DNA from: Acidobacteriota bacterium
Lineage (GTDB): Bacteria; Acidobacteriota; Vicinamibacteria; Marinacidobacterales; Marinacidobacteraceae
Length of the DNA stretch: 64,000 bases
Assembly (NCBI GenBank): GCA_009840635.1
Contig: VXNL01000047.1
Coordinates: 510 to 64,509, forward strand
Direction of reading: 5' to 3'
Part shown: one piece after another, positions 56,379-64,000 of the stretch
Layout of the letters: each line of letters begins with the position of its first letter
How positions within the stretch are numbered: the stretch's first letter is position 1
Notes under the pieces: model-generated
Told to the model about the DNA's origin: nothing
Database searches by the model: none
What the model saw: only the letters and a program-made list of their open reading frames with translations
Position numbers and translations under genes: made by a program

Positions 56379-57898
56379 GGGCCGAGCGTACCCCGCCGAG
56401 GCTTCGGGTTCTCCCATACCGCGCTCACCGTCCAGCCGACGGCGACCTGGACCAGGAGCGACGCCGAGGCGACCCACTGGAAGCTCACCGGGTCGCCTCC
56501 GGTCTCGGGATCGAAACCGAAGATGGGTCCGGAGAAGGCGACGAGCGCCGCCGCGATGATGCCCGCCACGGTGCCGACGGTCGCTCCGACGGCCCGCACC
56601 CGGGGGATGAACAGCGCGAAAAGGAAGAGGCCGAAGATGGGTCCGGTCAGGAGGTTCGACGTCTTGGACGTCACCTCGGTGATGTTGCCGGGGACGAGGT
56701 CCATGAGGAAGCTGCCGAGCACGATGAGCCCCCCGGCCGCCGCGGCGAGCCAGCGGGCCTGCCGGAGGTCCCGCGCGTCGTCGCGCGGGCGCTTCCGGAA
56801 GCGGCCCACGAAGTCGGTCAACACCACCGCCGAGATCGAGTTGACCCCCGAGTCCACGCTGGACATGGCCGCCGCGAACATGGCGGCGACGACGAGTCCC
56901 GCAATGCCCGCCGGGAGCCGGTTGGCGATGAAGAACGGGAACACGTGGTCCGCGTCGGCCCGCAGCGACATGCCCGCCCCGAGCTGTCCCGGAAAGGCCT
57001 CGAAGTAGCCGAGGAGCGCTACCCCGACCAGCGCCAGCACGATCGTGACGACGGCGATGGCCAGGAGCTGGGTCCCGTAGGCCCGCCGGGCCGCCCGCAG
57101 ATCGGTCGTCGCCATGAATCGCTGCACCGAGACCTGGTCGCCGCCCGCGGTGGCCGCGTACCAGACCATCGTGGAGACCACCGTCCCGAACGCGGTCACC
57201 CGCACGGCCGGGTCGAAGCTGAAGATGGGCTGCGTGTCCCAGTTGGCCTGCCAGGTCGTCGGAAACCAGCCGAAACCGCCGAGTTCCACGGTCACGATGC
57301 CGAGCACGAGCAGCGCCCCTCCGAAGAGCAGCAGGGACTGGATGCAGTCGGTGACGACGACGGCCCGGAGGCCTCCCAGGGACGTGTAGATGACGGCCAC
57401 CGTCGCCGTGAACAGGACGACGAGCGGTACCGCGGAGGGGCCGGCGCCGATCATGACCGTCAGCGCCACCGCCGCCGCGTAGACCACGAGCGACATCCAG
57501 GCGAGCCGCAGGACGATGAACATCGAAGCGCCCAGGAGCCGCGCCCCGGTCCCGAGGCGCACTTCGAGGAGTTCGTAGGCGCTCGTCACCCGGTGCTTCA
57601 TGTAGACCGGAAGCAGCCCGTAGGCGACGACGACATAGACGAGGGGAAGCCCCAGGAGCTGGACGAGCAGCACCGGCCCGCGCCCGAGCGTCTCTCCCGG
57701 CACGGACAGGTAGGACACCGTGCTCACGAGCGTCGCGAACAGCGAGACGCCGACGGCCACGGGGTGGAGCCGGCCGCCGCCGATGAAGTACTCCTTCGTC
57801 GAGGACTGGCGCCGGCCGTAGTGCCAGCCGAGCCAGAGGGTGAGGCCCGCATAGGCGGCGAGCACGAGCCAGTCGACGGCGGCCAGGCCTTGATTCAT
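56375..57898 (-). CDS. sodium:solute symporter family transporter
   Basis: Internal ATG (CAT at 57896-57898) with a GAGGA SD 7 nt upstream. 507 aa with about 13 TM helices. The 16 upstream ORF-track codons lack an SD. Confidence 0.85.
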   Translation of the reverse strand: MNQGLAAVDWLVLAAYAGLTLWLGWHYGRRQSSTKEYFIGGGRLHPVAVGVSLFATLVSTVSYLSVPGETLGRGPVLLVQLLGLPLVYVVVAYGLLPVYMKHRVTSAYELLEVRLGTGARLLGASMFIVLRLAWMSLVVYAAAVALTVMIGAGPSAVPLVVLFTATVAVIYTSLGGLRAVVVTDCIQSLLLFGGALLVLGIVTVELGGFGWFPTTWQANWDTQPIFSFDPAVRVTAFGTVVSTMVWYAATAGGDQVSVQRFMATTDLRAARRAYGTQLLAIAVVTIVLALVGVALLGYFEAFPGQLGAGMSLRADADHVFPFFIANRLPAGIAGLVVAAMFAAAMSSVDSGVNSISAVVLTDFVGRFRKRPRDDARDLRQARWLAAAAGGLIVLGSFLMDLVPGNITEVTSKTSNLLTGPIFGLFLFALFIPRVRAVGATVGTVAGIIAAALVAFSGPIFGFDPETGGDPVSFQWVASASLLVQVAVGWTVSAVWENPKPRRGTLGP

Positions 57899-57948
57899 GG
57901 AAGTCCTCGGGTATAACACAGCCGCCCAACGGAAAGGAGACTCCACCC

Positions 57949-58884
57949 ATGACTCCGGCGGACGCCAAGCGCACCATCTGTGGACCGCTGATTCCGGTCA
58001 TCACCAACTACGCGGACGACCTCAGCGTCGATCACGACGCTATCCGGGAGAACGTCAACTATGTCGTGGACCGGGGTGTCCGCACGGGGAGCGGGGTGCT
58101 CCTGGCCGCCGGCGCCGGGGGTGACTTTCCGATGCTGACGCTCGACGAGCGAAAGGCGGTGAGCGAGACCATCGTGCGGGCCGCGGACGGCCGGACGCCC
58201 GTGCTCGTCGGGGCCCAGGACACGAACCCCGCGGTGTCCGTCGAGCTCGCGCGCTTCGCCGAGGACATCGGCGCCTGGGGCATCCAGCTTGCGCCGGGCT
58301 ACTACTACGAGTCGTCTCCCGAAGACTGCTACCGGCTGTTCGAGACGGTGCACGAAGCCACCAGCACGCTGGGGATCATGGTCTACAACACGCACTGGGA
58401 GGCCTACGACATGTCGCTCGACGACGTCGAGCGGCTCGCCGAGCTACCGCGCTGCCTTGCCCTCAAATGGTCGACCGCGCGCGGCACCCTGGACTACCAG
58501 CGCGGGGTCGTGCGCTTCCGGGACCGCTTGGCCGTCATCGACAACCACGGTCTCCAGGGCCTGACCCACATGCTCGGCGGGCGGGGATACATCACCCACC
58601 TGTGTACCGTCTGGCCCGAGCATGACCTCGAGGTCTTTCGGTTGATGGAAGCGGGCGAGTACGCCCGGGCGCAGGAGCTGTTGAGCACGGTCAACTGGCC
58701 GTGGTACGACTTCCGGGTGCGGATGTGGCGCCGCACCGGGGCGGAGAGCCCCGTCGTCAACGCGGCGCTCGAGCTGACCGGGCGTAAAGGCGGCCCGAGC
58801 CGGCTTCCCACCCGCCGCCTCGACGAGTCCGAGCGCGAGGAGCTCAGAACGCTTCTTTCCGAGATCGCGGTGCCGGGCGTTTAG
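57949..58884 (+). CDS. dihydrodipicolinate synthase / N-acetylneuraminate lyase family (DapA-like class I aldolase)
   Basis: 311 aa with an AAAGGAGA SD. It shows the DapA-family fold: GTGVLLAAGAGGDF and a Schiff-base lysine region. It is divergent from the SSF transporter. Confidence 0.8.
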   Translation: MTPADAKRTICGPLIPVITNYADDLSVDHDAIRENVNYVVDRGVRTGSGVLLAAGAGGDFPMLTLDERKAVSETIVRAADGRTPVLVGAQDTNPAVSVELARFAEDIGAWGIQLAPGYYYESSPEDCYRLFETVHEATSTLGIMVYNTHWEAYDMSLDDVERLAELPRCLALKWSTARGTLDYQRGVVRFRDRLAVIDNHGLQGLTHMLGGRGYITHLCTVWPEHDLEVFRLMEAGEYARAQELLSTVNWPWYDFRVRMWRRTGAESPVVNAALELTGRKGGPSRLPTRRLDESEREELRTLLSEIAVPGV

Positions 58885-58963
58885 GGGGCGTCAACCCTCG
58901 GCCGATCTTCCGCGAGGGCGCACGAGGGCGCGCGGCGGCGCGCCGCCCGCGGCGCTGCGCGCT

Positions 58964-59020
58964 GCTGTGCCGGCTGAAGCCGGCCCAGTTCTCCCGGTGG
59001 GGGCTCCAAGCCGTTTCCGC
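58964..59020. repeat. REP family A copy, right-arm orientation
   Basis: gctgtgccggctgaagccggcccagttctcccggtgggggctccaagccgtttccgcc equals the right TIR of the 36641-36801 element plus the tcccggtggggg motif. Confidence 0.45.
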
Positions 59021-59085
59021 CCCTTGATGGCGCGATGGGTGTGCAGGAGGACCCGATCAGGCGGGTTCCTTCCGCGGGGGATTCG

Positions 59086-60486
59086 CTAACGCGTGGCGTG
59101 GCGGGCGACGACGGTAGCGACGGCTTCCGTGAGGCGCTTGGCGTAGGCGATCTCCAGGAACTCGTTCGGTCCGTGGGCGTTCGAGTTCGGGCCGAGCACG
59201 CCGGTGATCACGAACTGCGCCTCGGGGAACTGCTCGCCGAGCATGCCCATGAAGGGGATCGACCCGCCCTCGCCCATGTACATGGCTGGTTTGCCGTAGG
59301 CGCCCATGGAGGCGTCGTGGAGGGCGTCGCCGAGCCAGGGCGCGAGCGCCGGGGCGGACCAGCCCTGCGCGGGCTCGTGGAAGTGCACGGTGACCTTCGC
59401 GCCGTAGGGCGGATCCGGTTCGACGACTTCCCGGATCGCCTCCTGCGCCGCGCGGGGGTCCACCGTCGGGGGAAGCCGGATGGAGAGGTTCAGCGTCACC
59501 TGGGGCAGCAGGACGTTGCCGGCCTTTTCGAGCGACGGCAACCCGCCCTGTCCGGTCACCGCCAGGTTCGGGCGCCAGGTGCGGTTCAGGATGAGTTCGC
59601 TGGTGGGGACTCCCGGTCGCCCGGTGCTTCCCGCCCAGGGAAAGCGCGTGAAGGTGTCCGCGCCCAGGGTCTCGGCCGCCGCCTCCGCCTGCGCGATCCG
59701 TTCCGCGGGGATCTCGGCGTGGAGCGCCTCGGGAATGATGCGGTCCGTCACCGGGTCCTCGAGCCGATCGAGCAGCTTGCGCAGGATGAGGAAGGGCGGG
59801 GGGACGACCCCGCCGGCGTCGCCGGAGTGGACGCCCTCGGTGAGCACCTCCGCCTGCAGGGTGCCGCCCACCATCCCGCGGAGTGAGGTCGTGGACCAGA
59901 GCTGGTCGTAGTTGCCGGCGCCCGAGTCGAGGCAGATCACCAGGTCGGGGCTGCCGATGACGTCGGCGAAGGACTCCATGTAGGCGGGCAGGTCCGGGGA
60001 GCCGCTCTCCTCGGAGAACTCGACGAGCAGGACTACGCGCGCCCGCTTCTTCCCCTCGCGGCGCACCACCTCGAGCGCCGCGAGCGCGCAGTAGAGGGCG
60101 TACCCGTCGTCCGCCCCGCCCCGCCCGTAGAGCTTGTCGCCCTCGCGGACCGGGCTCCAGGGCCCGAGCCCCTCCCGCCAGCCGACCATCTCGGGCTGCT
60201 TGTCGAGGTGGCCGTACATCAGGATCGTGCCGTCCGCCTCACCCGGGCAGTCGAGCAGCAGCAGGGGCGTCCTTCCCGGAATCCGTCCCACGTGGAGGGT
60301 CGCGTCGTCCGGAGCGTGCTTCTCCATGAACGCCTTGCCCATCTGGAGCGCGTCCTCCATGTGGCCGTTCGCCTCCCAGTCCGGGTCGAACAGCACCGAG
60401 ACGTTGGGGACGGCGACGTACTCGGTGAGGGAGGGGAGGATCTCGTCCTCCCAGAAACGGTCCAGGAACTCGCGGGTGTCCGTCAT
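59086..60486 (-). CDS. M20-family metallopeptidase (dipeptidase / carboxypeptidase-like)
   Basis: Internal ATG (CAT at 60484-60486). Motifs: HLDKQP, GRGGADDGYAL, E.SEESGS. 466 aa. Confidence 0.85.
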   Translation of the reverse strand: MTDTREFLDRFWEDEILPSLTEYVAVPNVSVLFDPDWEANGHMEDALQMGKAFMEKHAPDDATLHVGRIPGRTPLLLLDCPGEADGTILMYGHLDKQPEMVGWREGLGPWSPVREGDKLYGRGGADDGYALYCALAALEVVRREGKKRARVVLLVEFSEESGSPDLPAYMESFADVIGSPDLVICLDSGAGNYDQLWSTTSLRGMVGGTLQAEVLTEGVHSGDAGGVVPPPFLILRKLLDRLEDPVTDRIIPEALHAEIPAERIAQAEAAAETLGADTFTRFPWAGSTGRPGVPTSELILNRTWRPNLAVTGQGGLPSLEKAGNVLLPQVTLNLSIRLPPTVDPRAAQEAIREVVEPDPPYGAKVTVHFHEPAQGWSAPALAPWLGDALHDASMGAYGKPAMYMGEGGSIPFMGMLGEQFPEAQFVITGVLGPNSNAHGPNEFLEIAYAKRLTEAVATVVARHATR

Positions 60487-60569
60487 GGCGGCGATTGTAG
60501 GACGCGGGGGGAGAGGCGGCCGGCGCTCCGAGCGGTTGCTCCGGTAGAGTGGCCAGCGGCCGGAAGCCA

Positions 60570-61052
60570 ATGCAGGGCCTGATGAACCGCCTCTGGCGTG
60601 CGCTCGAGACCGGGGCGGCGATCTCCCTCGGACTGATGGCGGCGCTCGTGATCTACCAGGTGGGGGCCCGCTACCTGTTCGGCAGCCCGCCGAGCTGGAC
60701 CGAGGAACTCGCCCGCTTCCTGCAGGTCTGGCTGGTGCTGCTGGCGTCCCCGATCTGCGTGCGGCGCGGGATGCACCTCGCGGTGGACTACGTGACGCCG
60801 CGTCTGCCGGCGGGGGCGGCGCTGGCCCTCCGGACCGGGGTGTTGCTGATCTCCGCGCTCTTCTGCCTCGGCCTCGCCTTCTACGGCGCCCGGCTGCTGG
60901 CGGTCGCGGGCTTCCAGACCTCGCCGGCCCTCGGGATCTCGATGATCTGGCCCTACCTCGCGGTGCCGGTCAGCGGAGTCCTCATGGCGGTGGCGGCAGG
61001 GGTCCTCATCGTTGCCGGGCTCCGCCGGCGGACCGAGGACGACGAGCCGTGA
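60570..61052 (+). CDS. dctQ: TRAP transporter small permease (DctQ family)
   Basis: About 160 aa with four TM helices, directly upstream of an overlapping dctM. A start at 60549 or 60582 is also possible. Confidence 0.75.
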   Translation: MQGLMNRLWRALETGAAISLGLMAALVIYQVGARYLFGSPPSWTEELARFLQVWLVLLASPICVRRGMHLAVDYVTPRLPAGAALALRTGVLLISALFCLGLAFYGARLLAVAGFQTSPALGISMIWPYLAVPVSGVLMAVAAGVLIVAGLRRRTEDDEP

Positions 61053-62332
61053 TCCCGGCGCTCCTCATCACCCTCGCCCTCCTGCTCCTGCTCGGGGTGC
61101 CGGTCGCCTTCGCGATCGGCCTGAGCGGTGTGGCGGCGCTCGTCGCCGACGGCCAGATCCCCTTCGAGATCATCCCGCAGCGCGCTTTCGCGGCGCTGAA
61201 CTCCTGGGCGCTCATGGCGGTGCCGCTCTTCATCTTCGCCGGGGAACTCATGAACGCCTGCGGGATCTCCCGGCGGACGGTCGAGGTGGTGGGACGGCTG
61301 CGGGGCGGGCTCCCCATCGTCTCGGTGGTTTCGTCCATGTTCTTCGCGAGCATCTCGGGCAGTTCCAGCGCCAGCACCGCGGCGGTGGGCTCCATGATGA
61401 TCCCGGCGATGCGGGAACGCGGCTATCCCACCGGTTTCGCCACCGCGCTCCAGGCGGCGGGCGGCGCCATCGGGCCGATCATCCCGCCGAGCATCATCAT
61501 GATCGTCATGGGCTACGTGACGGAGACCTCCATCGCGGCGCTCTTCGTGGGGGGCATCGTGCCCGGGTTCCTCATGGCGGCCGCGCTGATCGGCATCAAC
61601 ATCCGGCGGTCGCGCCGCTACGAGGCGGCGTTCGCGGCGTCCGGAAACGCGCCCCCCGCCCCGGACGGCTCCCTCGGCCGGGCGATCCTGGGGGCGGTCC
61701 CGGCGCTCGGGATGCCGGTGGTGGTGCTTGGCGGCATCCTGGCCGGGATCTTCACCGCCACCGAAGCCGCCGGGGTGGCGGTCGCCTACGGCCTGGCGGT
61801 GGGGTTCTTCATCTACCGCGAACTCCGTCTCCGGGACCTGCGCCCGCTGCTGGTGAGCGCGGCGCTCCGTTCCTGCGTCGTGCTCTTCGTGGCCACCAGC
61901 GCCTTCCTGCTCGCCTGGATCATCGCGGTGGGCCGGGTGCCCGATCAGGTGGGAGGACAGGTGGAAGCCCTGGCCGGCGGCCAGCTCTCCTTCCTGATCG
62001 TCTGCAACATCATCCTCATCGTCGTGGGCATGTTCATGGAGAGCATCTCGGCCATCATCGTGATCATGCCCATCCTGTTTCCGCTGGCGCTCCAGCTCGG
62101 GATCGATCCGATCCACTTCGGGGTGCTGGCTTCGGTGAACCTCTGCATCGGCATGGTGACGCCGCCCTACGGCGCGACCCTGTTCGTCGCCTGCACCATC
62201 GCGAAGCGGAGCATCAGCGACATCGCGGGATGGACCGTGCGTCCGGTGCTCGCCATGGTTGCGGTGCTGGTGCTGATGACCGTCTTCCCGGACGCGGTGA
62301 CGATCCTGCCGCGCTGGCTGGGGATGCTGTGA
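61049..62332 (+). CDS. dctM: TRAP transporter large permease (DctM family)
   Basis: 427 aa with a GTGA overlap onto dctQ and about 12 TM helices. Confidence 0.88.
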   Translation: MIPALLITLALLLLLGVPVAFAIGLSGVAALVADGQIPFEIIPQRAFAALNSWALMAVPLFIFAGELMNACGISRRTVEVVGRLRGGLPIVSVVSSMFFASISGSSSASTAAVGSMMIPAMRERGYPTGFATALQAAGGAIGPIIPPSIIMIVMGYVTETSIAALFVGGIVPGFLMAAALIGINIRRSRRYEAAFAASGNAPPAPDGSLGRAILGAVPALGMPVVVLGGILAGIFTATEAAGVAVAYGLAVGFFIYRELRLRDLRPLLVSAALRSCVVLFVATSAFLLAWIIAVGRVPDQVGGQVEALAGGQLSFLIVCNIILIVVGMFMESISAIIVIMPILFPLALQLGIDPIHFGVLASVNLCIGMVTPPYGATLFVACTIAKRSISDIAGWTVRPVLAMVAVLVLMTVFPDAVTILPRWLGML

Positions 62333-63318
62333 TGGTGCGCCCGCTCCTTTCCATCGTGGCGGCTGTGGCGCTGTTCGCCGGCTGCGCGCCGCCGGAAGAG
62401 CGCCGGATCACCATCAAGGCCAGCACCAGCACCGCCGCGAACGAACCGGCGGTGAGAGGGCTCGAGGTGTTCGCGGAGGAGGTCGCCGCCGCCACCGACG
62501 GCCGCATCGTGGTCGAGATTTACCCGAACAACGCGCTCGGGAACGAGCGGGACGTCATCGAGCTCACGATCATCGGAGCGGTCGAGCTCACCACGCCCTC
62601 GAACGCCCCGCTCGCGACGTTCGTGCCCGAGCTGCTCGTGTTCGACCTGCCCTACCTGTTCCGTGACCGCCCGCACATGTACGACGTGCTCGACGGCCCC
62701 ATCGGACGGCGGTTCGAGGCGCCACTCGCCGAGCGCGGGCTCGTCCTGCTCGGCTATTTCGAGGCGGGTCTCCGCCACGTGATGACCCGCGACCGGCCGG
62801 TCGAGAGGACGGAGGACCTGGCCGGACTCAAGATCCGCACCATGGAGAACCCGCTCCACCTGCGGGCTTTCGAGGCGTTCGGCGCGAACCCGCTGCCGAT
62901 GGCCTACGGGGAGGTCTATACGGCGCTCGAACAGGGGGTGATCGACGGCGCCGAGGCCGCGCGCTCGAACTACCTTTCGAAGCGCTTCTTCGAGGTGGCC
63001 CCCAACTGGTCCGAGATCGGCTGGATGTACCTGGTGCAGCCGCTGGTGATGAGCGAGCGGTTCTTCTCCTCGCTGTCCCCGGAGGATCAGGCAGCGGTCC
63101 GCGCCGCGGCCCGGAAGGCGGTGGACGCCGAGCGCGAGGAGTACCAGCGGCAGGACGCGGAGGCGCTCTCCACCCTCGAAGCCGCGGGGGTGCGGTTCGC
63201 CCATCCGGACACCGGCGTTCTCCTGGAGTTGGCGCGCGAGGTGTGGCGGAACGCGGGAGACAACGTCGACCTGACGCTCGTCGAGGCCATCACCGGTCAC
63301 GATATCGAAGCGCGCTAG
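62332..63318 (+). CDS. dctP: TRAP transporter substrate-binding protein (DctP family), lipoprotein
   Basis: The ATG overlaps the dctM stop (TGATG). Lipobox LFAGCAPP, followed by a DctP-like fold of 328 aa. Confidence 0.85.
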   Translation: MVRPLLSIVAAVALFAGCAPPEERRITIKASTSTAANEPAVRGLEVFAEEVAAATDGRIVVEIYPNNALGNERDVIELTIIGAVELTTPSNAPLATFVPELLVFDLPYLFRDRPHMYDVLDGPIGRRFEAPLAERGLVLLGYFEAGLRHVMTRDRPVERTEDLAGLKIRTMENPLHLRAFEAFGANPLPMAYGEVYTALEQGVIDGAEAARSNYLSKRFFEVAPNWSEIGWMYLVQPLVMSERFFSSLSPEDQAAVRAAARKAVDAEREEYQRQDAEALSTLEAAGVRFAHPDTGVLLELAREVWRNAGDNVDLTLVEAITGHDIEAR

Positions 63319-63321
63319 CCC

Positions 63322-64000
63322 ATGGACCCCCGCCGCGCGCTGGAACTGGCGGAGGGGTCCCGGGCGGAACTGCTCGCGCTCCTCGAAGCACTGATCGAGG
63401 TGCCGAGTCCGTACGGCGCGTCCGGCTGGGAGGCCCAGGAACGGCTTGGGGAGTACCTGGAGCGGAACGGTTTCGTGGTCGAGACCGGCGAGGACCCGTG
63501 GGAACCGTTTCGCGATCATCCCGAGTTCAGTCCGCCGCCGCCGGAGATCGAAACTCCCGTGAACCTGGTCGCGACGCCTCCCGACGGTCCACCCCTCACG
63601 TTCTTCGCACACGTGGACACCGAGACGCCGTCGGCCGGCTGGAGTTCGCCACCCGCGGTAGCCACGGTGCGAGACGGACGCGTCTACGGTCTGGGAGCGG
63701 CGGACGACAAGGGAGGGCTGGCCGCGATGGCAGTGGCGGCGGCCCTACTCGCGCGGGACTCAGGGACAGCGCCCCGGGTGGCGAGCGTCCACGGCAAGGG
63801 CGGCGGAGCGAGGGGGACGCTCCCCGTCTTCGCCCGGATGGAGGCGGGAGACTCCGTCTACGTGCACCCGCCCGAGAACGGGGCGGGGCTCGGCGTACTC
63901 AAGAGCGCGAGCCGGGGGGTCGTGGACGTGCATCTCCGGGTCACCGGCTGGTCCGGCCGGCCCCGGGAAATCGGGACTCCGGGGAGCGCACCGTTCGCGG
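63322..64000 (+). CDS. M20-family peptidase (ArgE/DapE/acetylornithine deacetylase-like), 3' partial at the window end
   Basis: ATG at 63322. The frame stays open to the window end (226 codons). The M20 signature GLGAADDKGG is present, and codon usage matches neighbouring genes. It is absent from the ORF track because no stop falls inside the window. Confidence 0.7.
   Translation, partial: MDPRRALELAEGSRAELLALLEALIEVPSPYGASGWEAQERLGEYLERNGFVVETGEDPWEPFRDHPEFSPPPPEIETPVNLVATPPDGPPLTFFAHVDTETPSAGWSSPPAVATVRDGRVYGLGAADDKGGLAAMAVAAALLARDSGTAPRVASVHGKGGGARGTLPVFARMEAGDSVYVHPPENGAGLGVLKSASRGVVDVHLRVTGWSGRPREIGTPGSAPFA

Noticed and set aside
52939-57437. ORFs 52939..53634(-), 55019..56080(+), 55173..56018(-), 55764..57008(+), 56037..58007(-) N-terminal part and 56790..57437(-)
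   Set aside because: They are antisense or alternate frames of the OPT, HTTM-DCC and SSF genes, with extreme Arg/Gly/Pro/Asp bias. Only the C-terminal 113 codons of 56037..58007 look coding.
60953-63612. ORFs 60953..62116(-), 61012..63318(+) N-terminal part and 62167..63612(-)
   Set aside because: They overlap the dctM/dctP genes. The 768-aa + ORF is real only from the ATG at 62332 (dctP), and the rest is an out-of-frame overlap with dctM.

Overview
This is a high-GC (~70%) bacterial chromosomal segment. Gene content suggests a Gemmatimonadota/Acidobacteriota-like organism: a carboxypeptidase-regulatory-domain TonB receptor, an Acidobacteria-type VWA protein, a CRTAC/FG-GAP protein and a GldAFG-like ABC transporter. 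I support about 54 protein-coding genes, many translationally coupled, and found no rRNA, tRNA or CRISPR array. The main recognisable blocks are: an aminotransferase plus 2-hydroxyacid dehydrogenase plus Na+/solute symporter plus GNAT; a HlyD adaptor plus MacB-type ABC ATPase plus two FtsX permeases; an M3 dipeptidyl peptidase (Dcp); a Thr-nucleophile sulfatase-like protein fused to TPR; a TonB-dependent receptor; a GldA/F/G plus DUF4340 ABC cluster; a dGTPase-like protein plus VWA protein; a MogA/MoaB-family molybdopterin protein, a DksA/TraR-family protein and an SDR; an orphan nuoL-nuoM pair directly followed by atpZ-atpI-atpB-atpE; mtnA-tsaD followed by a RuBisCO-like protein fused to a C-terminal cupin; a 1126-aa RecB-like nuclease fused to an SF1 helicase next to two toxin-antitoxin loci, one of which has a nonsense-disrupted ParE toxin; an OPT transporter; an HTTM-DCC fusion; an SSF symporter; and a TRAP-T system flanked by M20 peptidases. 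Intergenic regions carry two families of hairpin-forming REP/MITE-like repeats, including a 161-bp element with perfect 33-bp terminal inverted repeats just upstream of nuoL. Long GC-rich ORFs on the strands opposite real genes were treated as spurious. My hand-indexed coordinates may be off by 1-2 nt; ORF-track coordinates are authoritative.
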